This document shows positions 16,927 through 27,435 of a DNA stretch of 64,000 bases, in pieces. Numbering within the stretch: position 1 is the stretch's first letter; each line of letters begins with the position of its first letter. The notes under the pieces are model-generated. The model had not been told where the DNA came from. It saw nothing but the letters and a program-made list of their open reading frames with translations, and searched no databases. Source of the stretch: an uncultured Acidobacteriota bacterium (GTDB taxonomy: Bacteria > Acidobacteriota > UBA6911); the NCBI GenBank assembly GCA_964534795.1, contig CAZHQK010000014.1:13444-77443 (forward strand), in the 5' to 3' direction. A program made the translations under genes and the position numbers.

Positions 16927-17172
16927 TCATCCGCCGGCGCCTGCCGCGCTTTGCGGCTGTTCCCCGTGAGCGGCAGGCGAGAAACATCCGGGCAGCTCGA
17001 CCGGCTCTTCGAGCCGGAGACCGGCATAGCCGAGATACTTGTCGTAATCGATCGCTTTCGTAGTCGAAGCGTACTCGAACAGCTCCTGGAGTGAAACGCC
17101 GGCGACGTTCTCGCAGACCGCCCGGAATTCTTCGTCCGTCCAGCCGCGCCCGGCTTTCGGCCGGCGGCTCAC
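16927..17172 (-). CDS. Small ORF (81 aa, GTG start overlapping the arabinofuranosidase stop); possibly a gene fragment
   Basis: Reasonable codon usage but no recognisable domain. The GTG start overlaps the upstream TGA. Confidence 0.25.
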   Translation of the reverse strand: MSRRPKAGRGWTDEEFRAVCENVAGVSLQELFEYASTTKAIDYDKYLGYAGLRLEEPVELPGCFSPAAHGEQPQSAAGAGG

Positions 17173-18707
17173 TGCAACTGCAGCTGCAGGATCGTGAGCG
17201 AGTGGGCCGGGAAGACGTAGGTGAAGGCGTTGTTCTCGACGGCCAGTGATGCCGTCCTGGTCACAGGACGGACCTTGTTGTCGGCGCCGAAGGTGTGCGT
17301 CGCCTTCAGGTCCGGGTGGTTCATTTCCCAGATGCGCGCCTCGCTGCGCAGCCGGCCCTCCTGGTTCTCGATGCGCGCGGCGATATCCGTCCCCCGGCTG
17401 CGGTTCAGGACATTCAGATAGACCGCGCGCTGCGCGGCATTGTATGTCGCCGAAACATCGAGATATTTGAGGGGCGGGCGGTTACCGACGGTGTACGTGG
17501 GCGCCGCGACCCAGACGTCGAGCGCCGTGTTGCCGCGCTGCCTGCCGTATTCCTCGATCGGGAAGAAGATCGGCTGCAGGAACAGCCCCTGGCGGTTGGT
17601 CATGATGGGGGCGATCACGTTGACCATCTGGGCGAGATTGGCCATCTTGACGATGTCGGCATTGCGGAAGAAGCAATTGAAAAACATCCCCATGGCCAGG
17701 GCGTCTTCGAAGTTGTAGATTTCCTCGAGCTTCTCCTTGTTTCCCGTGCGGTACCAGACGTTCCACTCGTCGTAGGCGATGTAGACCGGGCGCCCCCCGG
17801 GCTGGCGCGTCTGGCGGATGAGGCCGCGGGTCACCTCGATGTAATGCTCGATCGTCTGCGACCAGGCGAGGAACCGTTCCAGGTCGTTGTCGCGGTTGTT
17901 GATATAGGTGTGGATGGCGATGTAGTCGACGGTGTTGCGCAGCTCGGCGAGCACGGTGCGGTTCCACGCGATCCAGTCGGCGCCGTAGTTGCTCGAGCCG
18001 CTGGCGACCAGCTTGATGGTGCGGTCGACGGCGCGCATGGCCTTGGCGGCCTCGAGGGCGAATCTGGCGTACTCCTCGGCGCTCTTGTGGCCGAGCTGCC
18101 ACGGGCCGTCGATCTCGTTGCCCAGGGCCCAGTACTTGACGCCGTAGGGGGTCTCGCGGCCGTTCTTGCGCCGCTGGTCGGCCCAGCAGGTACGGCGCGA
18201 CTCGTTGCAGTACTCGACCCAGTGGCGCGCGTCGTCGATGGTGCCCAGGCCGAGGTTGATGCAGATGTAGGGCTCGGCGCCAATGAGCTCGCAGTAGCGG
18301 AGGAACTCGTCCGTGCCGAAGCGGTTGCTCTCGAGGTCGTCCCATGCCAGCTCGGGGCGCACCGGGCGCAGCTCCTTGGGGCCCATGCCGTCCTTCCAGT
18401 TGTAGCCCGAGGCGAAGTTGCCGCCGGGCCAGCGCAGGATGGAGACGCCCAGGCGGCGCACGGCGTCGATCACGTCCTTGCGATATCCGTTCGCGTCCGA
18501 AAGCGGGCTGCCCTCTTCGTAGATGCCGCCGTAGATCATGCGGCCCAGGTGTTCGGCGAAGTTGCCGAAGAGATGCGGGTGCACCTCGCCGATGGTGCGG
18601 TCGATGTCGATCTTGATGCGCGCCTGCGGGGCCGCAGTCTGCGCGGGCGCCGGCGCGGCACACACGGCCGTGGCGCAGAAGAACAGAACTATCGCACGTA
18701 TTCTCAT
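17169..18707 (-). CDS. Alpha-L-arabinofuranosidase, GH51 family, secreted
   Basis: 512 aa. Signal peptide [25 protein letters not shown]51 blocks ([35 protein letters not shown]). The 550-aa track ORF extends upstream of the true start. Confidence 0.85.
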   Translation of the reverse strand: MRIRAIVLFFCATAVCAAPAPAQTAAPQARIKIDIDRTIGEVHPHLFGNFAEHLGRMIYGGIYEEGSPLSDANGYRKDVIDAVRRLGVSILRWPGGNFASGYNWKDGMGPKELRPVRPELAWDDLESNRFGTDEFLRYCELIGAEPYICINLGLGTIDDARHWVEYCNESRRTCWADQRRKNGRETPYGVKYWALGNEIDGPWQLGHKSAEEYARFALEAAKAMRAVDRTIKLVASGSSNYGADWIAWNRTVLAELRNTVDYIAIHTYINNRDNDLERFLAWSQTIEHYIEVTRGLIRQTRQPGGRPVYIAYDEWNVWYRTGNKEKLEEIYNFEDALAMGMFFNCFFRNADIVKMANLAQMVNVIAPIMTNRQGLFLQPIFFPIEEYGRQRGNTALDVWVAAPTYTVGNRPPLKYLDVSATYNAAQRAVYLNVLNRSRGTDIAARIENQEGRLRSEARIWEMNHPDLKATHTFGADNKVRPVTRTASLAVENNAFTYVFPAHSLTILQLQLQ

Positions 18708-18964
18708 GGCATCTCTCCTTGGGAGCGGCCGCGCGCCGCCGGTTCGTCCTCCGCCCCGCCCCTCGGTGCGAACTTCCATGTGTAGATCAGCCCGAGCCCG
18801 AGCAGCAGCGCTCCCCACCACAGCGCCGCGTGCAGGTGCGCCATTTTCACCGTGACCGCCGGCGGACGGACCAGTTCGTACAGGCCCACCCCGAGGATCA
18901 GCACGCCGTAGAAGTCGAGCAGGAGGCCGATGAAGAACCAGATCGGGATGAAACGCCTGCGCAT
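18704..18964 (-). CDS. Small two-TM membrane protein (DUF3311-like companion of the solute:sodium symporter)
   Basis: 86 aa, hydrophobic. ATGA overlap with the arabinofuranosidase start. Immediately downstream of the SSS transporter. Confidence 0.5.
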   Translation of the reverse strand: MRRRFIPIWFFIGLLLDFYGVLILGVGLYELVRPPAVTVKMAHLHAALWWGALLLGLGLIYTWKFAPRGGAEDEPAARGRSQGEMP

Positions 18965-18971
18965 GGCCGGC

Positions 18972-20690
18972 TCACCAGAAAACCAGATTCAGGATGACGA
19001 AGACCGCACATACCGCCGCCGCCCAGAAAAGCGGGCGCCGGTGCAGGGGCAGGCCGCGTTCGGGCGGCACGGCGGTGAGGCCGCGCACCAGGCCGACCAG
19101 CTCGGCTGCCGGCCTGGGCCGGGTGCACAGGCTGACGGCCACGGTCACGAGCACGCACGCCAGGCATGACCACAGGCCGCGGTACATGTTTTCGGCCATC
19201 GCCCGGGCGTGCTCCGAGAGCGCGACGTAGCGCAGCGCGCCGGGATCGGCCTTCACCCAGGCCCACATGCCGATGCTCGACAGCGTGCCCGCCAGCAGAC
19301 CCCAGAATCCGCCTGCGGCGGTGGCGCGCCTCCAGAACATGCCGAGCACGACGGTGCCGAGCAGGGGCGCGGTGAAGAAGCTGAAGAGCGCCTGCACGTA
19401 ATCCATGATGCTGCCGAACTGCATCACCAGATAGGCCGTGCCGATGCTGACGAGCATGCCCAGGATGGTGCAGATCCGCCCCATGGTCACATAGTGCCGG
19501 TCCGCGGCTTCCGTCTTGAACAAAGGCTTGTAGATGTCGTAGGTCCATACGGTGGCGAAGGCGCTCACGTTGCCCGCCATGCCCGACATGAACCCCGCGA
19601 TCAGGGCGGTAATCCCCAGGCCGAGCAGCCCCGGGCCGAGGTAGCGCGCCATCATCAGCGGCAGCACCTCGTTGTAGCTGTGCAGCCCGCGCGCCACGGC
19701 CTCGCTTTCGCCGACGAGCGGGATCTCCAGGACGGCGAGCGCGAGCAGTCCCGGCAGGATCACGATGAGCGGCACCATCATCTTGAAGGCGGCGCCGATG
19801 ATCGGCGCCATTTTGGCCGAGCGCAGGTCCCGGGCCGCGAGCACGCGCTGCACGACCAGGAAATCGGTCATCCAGTAAGCGGGCGAAAGCACCAGGCCGA
19901 GGCCGAAGACGATGCCGGTCCAGTGAATCCCCATGGGATTGCCGGTGAAATCCGACATCGTGCGCCACATGTGGGTGTAATCCCCGCCGGGGAAGTTCTG
20001 CTGGATGCGCGCCACCATGCCGCTCCAGCCGCCGGCCTCGACGAGCCCGATGATCGGGATCAGCAGGGAGCCGAGCCAGATGAGCATGAACTGCAGCACC
20101 TCGTTGAAGATCGCCGACAGCAGTCCCCCCAGCGCGACGTAGACGGCGACCGTGAGCGACGAAACCCAGATGCTGAAGTGGATGTCCCAGCCGAGCACCA
20201 CCTTCATCACGAGCGCCATGGCGTACATGTTGACGCCGCTCATCAGGACGGTCATGAGGGCGAAGCAGACCGCCGCGAGCAGGCGCGTCGAGCCGCCGAA
20301 GCGCAGCTGCAGGTAGCCCGGCACGGAGTGCGTCCTGCAGATGTAGTAGAAGGGCATCATGACGATGCCGAGGAAGAGCATGGCGGGCACGGCGCCGATC
20401 CAGTACCAGTGGGCCGCCAGGATTCCGTACTGGTAGGCCGAGGCCGCCCAGCCCATGAGCTCCAGCGAGCCGAGGTTGGCCGCGAGAAAGCTCAGCCCGG
20501 CGATCCAGGCGCTCATGCGGCGGCCCGCCAAGAAGAAATCGTCGCCGGTGGCGGCGAATTTCTTCAGGTACCACCCGATGCCGAGAACCAGAAGGAAGTA
20601 CGCCGCGATGACCGCGAAGTCCACCGGGCCGAGCGACAGCAGTCGCGACGGGCCGGAATCGGCAAGGGCGGTCAGCAGCGGCATGGACAT
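18972..20690 (-). CDS. Sodium:solute symporter (SSS) family transporter
   Basis: 572 aa with about 13 TM segments and SSS signature regions. AAGGA RBS before ATG 20690; the track start at 20777 is upstream of the RBS. Confidence 0.8.
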   Translation of the reverse strand: MSMPLLTALADSGPSRLLSLGPVDFAVIAAYFLLVLGIGWYLKKFAATGDDFFLAGRRMSAWIAGLSFLAANLGSLELMGWAASAYQYGILAAHWYWIGAVPAMLFLGIVMMPFYYICRTHSVPGYLQLRFGGSTRLLAAVCFALMTVLMSGVNMYAMALVMKVVLGWDIHFSIWVSSLTVAVYVALGGLLSAIFNEVLQFMLIWLGSLLIPIIGLVEAGGWSGMVARIQQNFPGGDYTHMWRTMSDFTGNPMGIHWTGIVFGLGLVLSPAYWMTDFLVVQRVLAARDLRSAKMAPIIGAAFKMMVPLIVILPGLLALAVLEIPLVGESEAVARGLHSYNEVLPLMMARYLGPGLLGLGITALIAGFMSGMAGNVSAFATVWTYDIYKPLFKTEAADRHYVTMGRICTILGMLVSIGTAYLVMQFGSIMDYVQALFSFFTAPLLGTVVLGMFWRRATAAGGFWGLLAGTLSSIGMWAWVKADPGALRYVALSEHARAMAENMYRGLWSCLACVLVTVAVSLCTRPRPAAELVGLVRGLTAVPPERGLPLHRRPLFWAAAVCAVFVILNLVFW

Positions 20691-20709
20691 GGGAATCCTT
20701 ACCGGACCG

Positions 20710-22125
20710 TCAGGCGTGGTGATAGACCTCCCACCCGAGATAGACGGACAGGGCTTCGTGCACCGCCGCCGCGACACGCGCCGGGTTGACGGCGACGTGA
20801 TGCTCGTAGCCGTTGCGGCAGATATGGGCGAGCAGCTTCTGGTAATCGGGGATGCGCACCACGCCGTAGCCGCCGAAGGTGTTCAGGGGATCGTCGGTGA
20901 ACTCGCCCTCGCCGACATAGGCGCGGATCCTGCCGGCGGCGTCGTCGGTGCCCACGCGCAGATAGGTGAAGGGGGAAGCCTGCACCCTGCCGACGACGGT
21001 GCCGTAGGCGTTGGCCTGGCCCACGGTGCCCGCGATGATCTGCTGGTAATCCATCGCCGGGGCGCCTTCGCCCTCCCGGCGGAAGATGTCCTTGGGCAGG
21101 TTGCTGCAGTGGAACACGACGCCCTTGTCCGGCTCGTCGCCGTAGTTGTTGTTCCAGTCGACGAGCGCGCTCGGCCGGCCGCTCGCCCGGGCGAGCGCGT
21201 ACATCGCGACGGCCCCCATGACGTCCACTTCGCAGGCGCTGCACATCAGCGCGTCGCTCATCATGCTCATCAGCGTGCAGGGAACCACGCCGAAGAACTC
21301 CTCGATCGCCGTCCAGCACTGGATCGCGGTCGCCTGCAGGCGCGTGCGCTTCATCCAGTCGTCGACCGCCGCGCCGAATTTGGCCATCTTGAGAAGCGCC
21401 GCGGGCGGAACGTGCGCGCTGTCCACGTAGGCCCGGATGGCGGCGAGCTTGGCCGCGACCACCGGATCGTCGTCGCGCAGGGCGCCGACCCGGCCGAAGA
21501 GCTCGTACAGATCCAGGGTCTCGACCGAAATGCCCGAGCGCTCGAGGAGCTTTTCGCTGAAGCGCACGGTGTTGAAGGCGGCGGGGCGGGCTCCGAGAGC
21601 GCCGATGCGCAGGCTGCGGAGCCCCTTGACGATGCGGCAGACGGCGGCGAAGTCGGCGAGATCATGCCGGAAGCTCTCGTCCTCGGGAGCGGTCGTGTGG
21701 CGCCGCGTCAACGTGAAGGGGATGCCGTACTGGCGAAGATTGTTGCACACGGAGATCTTGCCGCAGAAGCTGTCGCGCCGGTACTGGACCGTCATCGCGT
21801 GCGGGTCGTCGGCGAAAGCATGCACCAGAACGGGCACGCTCAGGCCGGACCAGCGGATGGTGTCGGCGACGCCGCGCTCGTCGCCGAAGTTCGGCAGCGT
21901 GACCAGAATGCCGTCGATGCGGTCGGCATGGCGGCGGAACAGATCGGCGCAGCGCTCCGCGTCCTCCATGGTTTCCACGGCGCCTAATTTCGTGGCCTCC
22001 TCGGGAAGTATGACCGCAGCGATACCGAGCTGCTCCAGAACCTGCAGGATCTGCCTGCGCCCCGAGGCGCACAGGTGGTCGGGGAAAAATCCGCGATTGC
22101 CCACGATGATGCCCAGTGTTGCCAT
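20710..22125 (-). CDS. L-fucose/L-arabinose isomerase family protein
   Basis: 471 aa (MATLGIIVGNRGFFPDHL...). FucI/AraA-like fold, clustered with GH51 and the symporter. Confidence 0.7.
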   Translation of the reverse strand: MATLGIIVGNRGFFPDHLCASGRRQILQVLEQLGIAAVILPEEATKLGAVETMEDAERCADLFRRHADRIDGILVTLPNFGDERGVADTIRWSGLSVPVLVHAFADDPHAMTVQYRRDSFCGKISVCNNLRQYGIPFTLTRRHTTAPEDESFRHDLADFAAVCRIVKGLRSLRIGALGARPAAFNTVRFSEKLLERSGISVETLDLYELFGRVGALRDDDPVVAAKLAAIRAYVDSAHVPPAALLKMAKFGAAVDDWMKRTRLQATAIQCWTAIEEFFGVVPCTLMSMMSDALMCSACEVDVMGAVAMYALARASGRPSALVDWNNNYGDEPDKGVVFHCSNLPKDIFRREGEGAPAMDYQQIIAGTVGQANAYGTVVGRVQASPFTYLRVGTDDAAGRIRAYVGEGEFTDDPLNTFGGYGVVRIPDYQKLLAHICRNGYEHHVAVNPARVAAAVHEALSVYLGWEVYHHA

Positions 22126-22803
22126 GGTGTCGAATCCCTCATGATCGGTTGAATTTCCATCGGCCGGCCGGAACCCGGCCATCCGGCCGGCGCAGCGAAC
22201 GATGCGCCGCCCCTCGCCGTCGCTGCGCGAACGGCCTGCCACCGTCGATGCGATCCGTCCCTGCCGGCTTCCATGCCATAGCGCCGTTATTTAATTAAAC
22301 TTAGGAAGGCATTATTGGCGGGATCGGCTCCGGCGTCAACCGGAAGTGCAAACTCTTTTTTCGGGCGCGGCGCCGCGCGGCGTTTTGTGCGCTCCCGGGC
22401 GGGCCGGTCTGAACTTAGCTCGCTTCGCTCGCCAACTTCAGGGGCCAAGGGGCAAAGGGGTCAAGGAACAAAGGGGAAAGGCCGCTCAGCGCCTCAGATC
22501 GATTTCGGCCGTCAGGCTTCGAATGAGGAGAATCCAACATCTGGAAGGACTTCGTGTCCCGGCACCGGAATGGATTCGCCCGGCGGAAACGATCGCCGCC
22601 GTGCTCGGGGCGGTCACCGGGGTGCTGGGGACGCTGGTCGGCTATGTGGCGGGGCAGACGGGCAGGGAAAGGGCGGTCGAGCGGGCTTATCGGGCCGAGC
22701 GCCGTCCGGCGGCGGTTCTCGATCTCTGCGAACCCGGTGTGCTCGAGCGGGCGCGCTCGGCCGAAGGCGAACTGTTCCGTGATTGAGGCGCACAGGGGCT
22801 CGA

Positions 22804-23703
22804 TCAGAAACCGCCGGCCGCCAGGATCTTCTTCAGTCCCGCGAGCGAAAGCTCGGTACATTCCACCGGCGTCCGGCCGTCGGGGTACTGCTCCTGCTCG
22901 AGGACGAGCCATTCGGTTCCGCCGACGGAGGCGCACGCCTCGATGACGGCCGGCCAGTCGACGGAATCCTGGCCGAGAATCGCCTTTTTCCCCGGGTCGG
23001 CGCCGACGACGGTCGGCTTGAGATGCACCGTGCGGCTGCGACCCGGGTATTTTCTTATGAAATCCACGGGATCGAGCCCGGCTGCGGCCGTCCAGCCGCA
23101 GTCCTGCTGCAGGATGACGTCCCGGCTCGTGCGCTCGGCGAAAAGCTCCCAGTAGGTCTTCTCGCCTTCCTTCCTGAACTCGTTCATGTGGTTGTGATAT
23201 CCGCAGGCCATTCCCAGAGGCTTGAGCACCTCGGCGGCGCGATTGAAGACGTCGGCAAGCTCGCGGCTCTTCTCGGGGTCGGTGAAGGCGCTGTCGCCGG
23301 GCACGATGAGAAACATGCAGCCGACGGCCTGGTGGAAATCGATCGTGCGCGCGAGAGCGTCGCCGCGGATCAGGGACGTGCCTATGTGAGTGCCGGCCGC
23401 TTTGAGTCCGAGATCGTCGAGTTTCCTTTTCAGCTCCCGGGCCCTGCCTTCGTACTGGTAGTATCCGGCGAACTCGATGCCGGCGACTCCCATCTGCGCG
23501 ACACGCGCAAGGGCCGAATCGAAATCTTTGCGGCACTCGGCGCGCACCGAATAGAGCTGCAGCGCGACCGGAATCGGGCGGGATGAAGCTGCGGCGCGGC
23601 GACGCGGCAGCGCGCGCGCGAGCGCGCCCAGGCCTGCGGCCTCCAGAAGGCCGCGCCGCGTCCAGCGGCTGCCGTGCGGTTTCGATTCGTTGTGTCCTTG
23701 CAT
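22804..23703 (-). CDS. Sugar phosphate isomerase/epimerase (xylose-isomerase-like TIM barrel) with a Tat signal
   Basis: 299 aa. Twin-arginine motif SRWTRRGLLEAAGLGALA. TIM-barrel blocks (GIEFAGYY, GYHNHMNE). Confidence 0.7.
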   Translation of the reverse strand: MQGHNESKPHGSRWTRRGLLEAAGLGALARALPRRRAAASSRPIPVALQLYSVRAECRKDFDSALARVAQMGVAGIEFAGYYQYEGRARELKRKLDDLGLKAAGTHIGTSLIRGDALARTIDFHQAVGCMFLIVPGDSAFTDPEKSRELADVFNRAAEVLKPLGMACGYHNHMNEFRKEGEKTYWELFAERTSRDVILQQDCGWTAAAGLDPVDFIRKYPGRSRTVHLKPTVVGADPGKKAILGQDSVDWPAVIEACASVGGTEWLVLEQEQYPDGRTPVECTELSLAGLKKILAAGGF

Positions 23704-23838
23704 GTGCGTTTCTCCGGGCGGCCTGAGAGTGCGTTGCGGGCACGGGCCGCGGCCGTATTCTGCCACACCGGGGGCTGCATGTCACACACCCGCCGTTTGA
23801 ATCCGCGGCACGGCCGGGGTATATTGACGCCAAAGGGG

Positions 23839-24147
23839 ATGGTCGCGATGGCAACCGGCGAGGAACAGGCGGGGCAGGGCGAAGCCGCGGGCGACATTTC
23901 GCAGGAAGAGCTGGAGCGCCAGAAGGCGCGCGTGCGCATCAACGCGCTCGTTCTGGCGCTGGTCATGATCCTGGCGGTGGTCGCGCCGCCGCCCTGGAAT
24001 CTGTTCGCGCCCGTGGTTTTCGTCGTGCCTTTGATCTATTCCCTCGTGACGCGACTGCGTTCGGCGCGCGCTCCCTCGACACAGGAACCTTACGAATACC
24101 GCCCGAAAGATCCGAAGGATCCGCGCCGCTACAAGCCCATCGGCTGA
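23839..24147 (+). CDS. Small membrane protein (102 aa; charged N-terminus, one or two TM segments, Pro/Lys-rich C-terminus)
   Basis: AAAGGGGA RBS. A hydrophobic core (ALVLALVMILAVVAPPPWNLFAPVVFVVPLIYSLV). Confidence 0.4.
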   Translation: MVAMATGEEQAGQGEAAGDISQEELERQKARVRINALVLALVMILAVVAPPPWNLFAPVVFVVPLIYSLVTRLRSARAPSTQEPYEYRPKDPKDPRRYKPIG

Positions 24148-24325
24148 GCGCGGGCTCGTTGCGATCCTGTCGGCGAACCGAGGTCCTCCGCCTCGTGCAC
24201 GGTCTCCAGGCGCCGCTCGCCTTTCCCGATGATGCCGCGACGGCGGCTCCGGAGAAATCTGAAAAAGCGTGCAGCACTCGGCGGGCCTGTGATAAGGTGG
24301 AGGGAATTTCAGCCTGGAGAAAGTC

Positions 24326-25312
24326 GTGGGCGACGCGATCGTACTCAGGAACGTGACCAAGACCTTCGGCGACATCGTGGCGGTACGCGATCTCGACCTG
24401 GTCGTCCCGCAGGGAGCCCTCTACGGCTTCATCGGGCCGAACGGGGCGGGCAAGACCACCACGATCCGCATGATTCTGTCGATCATGTTCCCGGACCGGG
24501 GCGAGCTTTCGGTCCTGGGGAAGCGGTCGGCCCTGGAGGCCAAGGACCGGATCGGATACCTGCCGGAGGAACGCGGTTTATACAAGAAGATGCGCGTCGC
24601 CGATTTTCTGGTTTATGTCGGACGGCTCAAGGGTGTGGACGGATCGGGCCTCAAGCAACGGGTCCACGAGTGGCTCGAGCGTGTCGGCTTGGCTGCCGCG
24701 GCGTCCAAGCGTTGCGAAGAGCTTTCCAAGGGCATGCAGCAGAAGGTGCAGTTTGTCGCGGCCGTGATCCACCGGCCGGACCTGCTCATCCTGGACGAAC
24801 CCTTCAGCGGGCTCGATCCGGTCAGCCAGCGGCTCGTGCGTGAACTGGTGCTCGAGGAGCACGGGCGCGGCTGCACCGTGCTCTTTTCCACGCACATCAT
24901 GGTGCACGCCGAGCAACTGTGCGATCGTGTGGTCATGATTCACAAGGGAGCGAAGGTTCTCGACGAGACGATCGCCGCCATTCGCGCGCGCTTCGATCCG
25001 CGCAGCCTGATATTCGAGCCGCTCGATCCCGCGGCCGACGTGGCACCGCTCGAGGCGGTGGCGGGCGTGAAGAAGGTCCGGCGCGACGGGGCGGCGTGGG
25101 AGATCGCGCTCGCGCAAGGGGCCGATGCGGCTGCCGTGATCCGCTCGCTCGCCGGGGCCGTGGCGCCCGCGCGCATCGAGTTGCGGCGCCCCACGCTCGA
25201 AGATGTCTTTGTCGGCATCGTCGAAGGCGGTGCGCTGCAGGCGGGCGATGAGGGCGCGCGGCTGCGGGCTTCGGTGCGGGACGACGGGGAAATGCCGGCG
25301 GCGAAGCCATGA
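24326..25312 (+). CDS. ABC transporter ATP-binding protein (ABC-2 exporter type), GTG start
   Basis: Walker A GPNGAGKTT, signature LSKGMQQK, Walker B LLILDEPFSGLD. GGAGAAA RBS before GTG 24326. Confidence 0.85.
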   Translation: MGDAIVLRNVTKTFGDIVAVRDLDLVVPQGALYGFIGPNGAGKTTTIRMILSIMFPDRGELSVLGKRSALEAKDRIGYLPEERGLYKKMRVADFLVYVGRLKGVDGSGLKQRVHEWLERVGLAAAASKRCEELSKGMQQKVQFVAAVIHRPDLLILDEPFSGLDPVSQRLVRELVLEEHGRGCTVLFSTHIMVHAEQLCDRVVMIHKGAKVLDETIAAIRARFDPRSLIFEPLDPAADVAPLEAVAGVKKVRRDGAAWEIALAQGADAAAVIRSLAGAVAPARIELRRPTLEDVFVGIVEGGALQAGDEGARLRASVRDDGEMPAAKP

Positions 25313-26697
25313 GAAAGATTCTGCACGTTGCACGCCGCGAATTTGCCGCGACGGTGCTGACCAAAGGATTCATCATCGGGATGCTGGTCACGCCCGCCGT
25401 GATCGGCGTGGTCGTGATCGTTTTCCCGCGCATGATCAACCGCAATCCCCCGCGCATCGTCGGCGAAATCGCCGTGATCGACCCGACGGGCCGGGTGAGC
25501 GATACGCTGCGCGAATACCTGCGGCCGGAGCGCTTCCTCGAGCGCCGCCGGGCACTGCAGCGCCGGGCTTCCGAGGCCCTGCCGGGCGCCTGGAAAAAGG
25601 CGGCCGGCTCGCCCGCAGCCGAGGCAGCGGTGCAACAGCAGGTGGAAGCGGCGCTGGGGCAGGTGCCGCAGATCGATGTGGTGGTGCTGAATGCCGCAAC
25701 GGACTTGGAGCAGGCGAAGGCTCCGCTTAGAGCCGCGGGGGGCGGCGAGTCGCGCCGCCTGGCCCTGGTCGTGGTGCACCCGGATGCCGTGCACCGGGAG
25801 GAAGGCAAGCAGCGGTTCGGCAGCTACGATCTGTTCGTGCACGGCAAACTCGACGACCGCCTGGAGGACGATATCCGCAACGGACTGCGCGAGGCCATCG
25901 TCGAGGCACGCATCCGGGCTTACGGGCTGAACCGCGATGAGATCGAGGCGCTGACCAGCGTGGAACGTCTGCCGTCCCGCATGGTGACCGAGGAAGGTGA
26001 ACGGGATACCAGCAGAGCTCTCAACTTGTTGCTGCCGGCCGCCTTCATGGTGCTCCTCCTGATCTCGGTGATGACGAGCGGCCAGTATCTCCTGACCTCC
26101 ACGGTCGAGGAGAAATCGAACCGTGTCGTCGAGGTGCTGCTGTCGGCAGTCTCGCCGATGGAACTGATGACCGGGAAAATCCTCGGCCAGATGGCCGTCG
26201 GTTTTCTGGTGCTGGCTGTCTATGCAGGGCTGGGCGCCGTCGCGCTCCTGTCGTTCGCGATGCTGGGCCTTCTCGATCCCGTCCTCATTGTCTGCATGTT
26301 TGTGTTTTTCGTGCTGGCATATTTCACGATCGGCTCGTTCATGGCGGCCACGGGATCGGCGGTCAACGAATTGCGCGAAGCGCAAACACTGATGACCCCG
26401 GTGATGCTGCTCATCATGATTCCCTGGATCCTCTGGCTGCCGATCAGCCGCGAACCCAACTCGCTGCTGGCTGTGGTCTTGAGCTTCGTTCCGCCGGTCG
26501 GAAATTTCGTCGTGCTGCTGCGCATGGCCTCCAGCGCTCCGCCGCCGATGTGGCAGGTCGGCTTGTCGATGCTGTCGTCGGCTGCGGGCGCCGCGGTGGC
26601 GCTGTGGTTCGCGGCCAAGGTGTTCCGCATCGGCCTCTTGATGTTCGGCAAGCCCCCTTCGCTCGGAACCCTCATTCGGTGGGCGCGCATGTCGTAG
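25309..26697 (+). CDS. ABC-2 family transporter permease with a large periplasmic loop
   Basis: 462 aa. ATGA overlap with the ATPase gene. Six C-terminal TM segments, NatB-like architecture. Confidence 0.8.
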   Translation: MRKILHVARREFAATVLTKGFIIGMLVTPAVIGVVVIVFPRMINRNPPRIVGEIAVIDPTGRVSDTLREYLRPERFLERRRALQRRASEALPGAWKKAAGSPAAEAAVQQQVEAALGQVPQIDVVVLNAATDLEQAKAPLRAAGGGESRRLALVVVHPDAVHREEGKQRFGSYDLFVHGKLDDRLEDDIRNGLREAIVEARIRAYGLNRDEIEALTSVERLPSRMVTEEGERDTSRALNLLLPAAFMVLLLISVMTSGQYLLTSTVEEKSNRVVEVLLSAVSPMELMTGKILGQMAVGFLVLAVYAGLGAVALLSFAMLGLLDPVLIVCMFVFFVLAYFTIGSFMAATGSAVNELREAQTLMTPVMLLIMIPWILWLPISREPNSLLAVVLSFVPPVGNFVVLLRMASSAPPPMWQVGLSMLSSAAGAAVALWFAAKVFRIGLLMFGKPPSLGTLIRWARMS

Positions 26698-26896
26698 GGA
26701 ACTTCTGAAGACACGGGGCGCCGCGGCGTATGGCGTGATGCAGGGCGCGGGGAGTGCCGTCCATGAGCACCAGCGCGCTCCGTGCCGCCATGGAACGTGG
26801 GATTCTCATCGTTGCCTTTCCTCTGGCGCATGCCTGAACTTGGAGGGCCGGAGGCGTCGGTAGTAGCATCCTAGGCGGGAGGCGGCGCCTTCGCCC

Positions 26897-27220
26897 ATGC
26901 GAGCACAGTCGCAGGACACCGATCTCCGGGCCGAAGGCGTGCAGCTGGCACTGCTGCGCAAGGCCGGGGTCGCGCGCCGGCTGGCGACAGCGTTCTCGCT
27001 CAGCCGGACGGTGATCGGGCTGGCGCGGGCGGCGATTCGCCGGCGCTGTCCGGACCTCGATGAGCGGCAAGTGCTGTTGCGTTTTGTGGAGTTGCACTAT
27101 GGGGCGGTGCTGGCCGAAAGGCTGCGCAACGACCTGGCGCGGAGGATACCGCTCGCAGCGCAAGACGAGCGCCGGATTCCCGGAGGATTGCAGAACGGCG
27201 GCGCGCCGGTGCGCGCATAA
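26897..27220 (+). CDS. Small Arg-rich hypothetical protein between the two ABC exporter pairs
   Basis: 107-aa ORF with no recognisable domain. Coding status uncertain. Confidence 0.25.
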   Translation: MRAQSQDTDLRAEGVQLALLRKAGVARRLATAFSLSRTVIGLARAAIRRRCPDLDERQVLLRFVELHYGAVLAERLRNDLARRIPLAAQDERRIPGGLQNGGAPVRA

Positions 27221-27435
27221 CGGAGGTGGTATCATAACGAGCTGGACGGCGGGCGGACCGCAGGGCATCGTTTCGGACGAGGCCGGCCATGAAGGAATCG
27301 TCGCGCGGCGTTCCGCGGCAAGTCGCTGGCGGGCATTGCGGGAGTCGGGGACGCCGGCGGATCCTTTTACGCCGTCGGTTCCTGGGAGGTAAAGCGCCGG
27401 CGCCGGCGGGGCGGCGCGCCGCAGCCGGATCGAGT

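Noticed and set aside
17295-18785. 496-aa antisense ORF across the GH51 gene, and similar long antisense ORFs (19209-20789, 20455-21987, 43458-45092, 44914-46899, 46428-48083, 48217-49491, 49795-51051, 51439-53670, 24940-26385, 32211-33989, 33083-34225, 33968-35119, 34279-35583, 38121-39128, 39164-40027, 55117-56610)
   Set aside because: All lie opposite or out of frame to genes with clear family signatures. They have low-complexity Arg/Gly/Ala/Pro-rich translations and lack RBSs or signals. These are GC-rich shadow frames.
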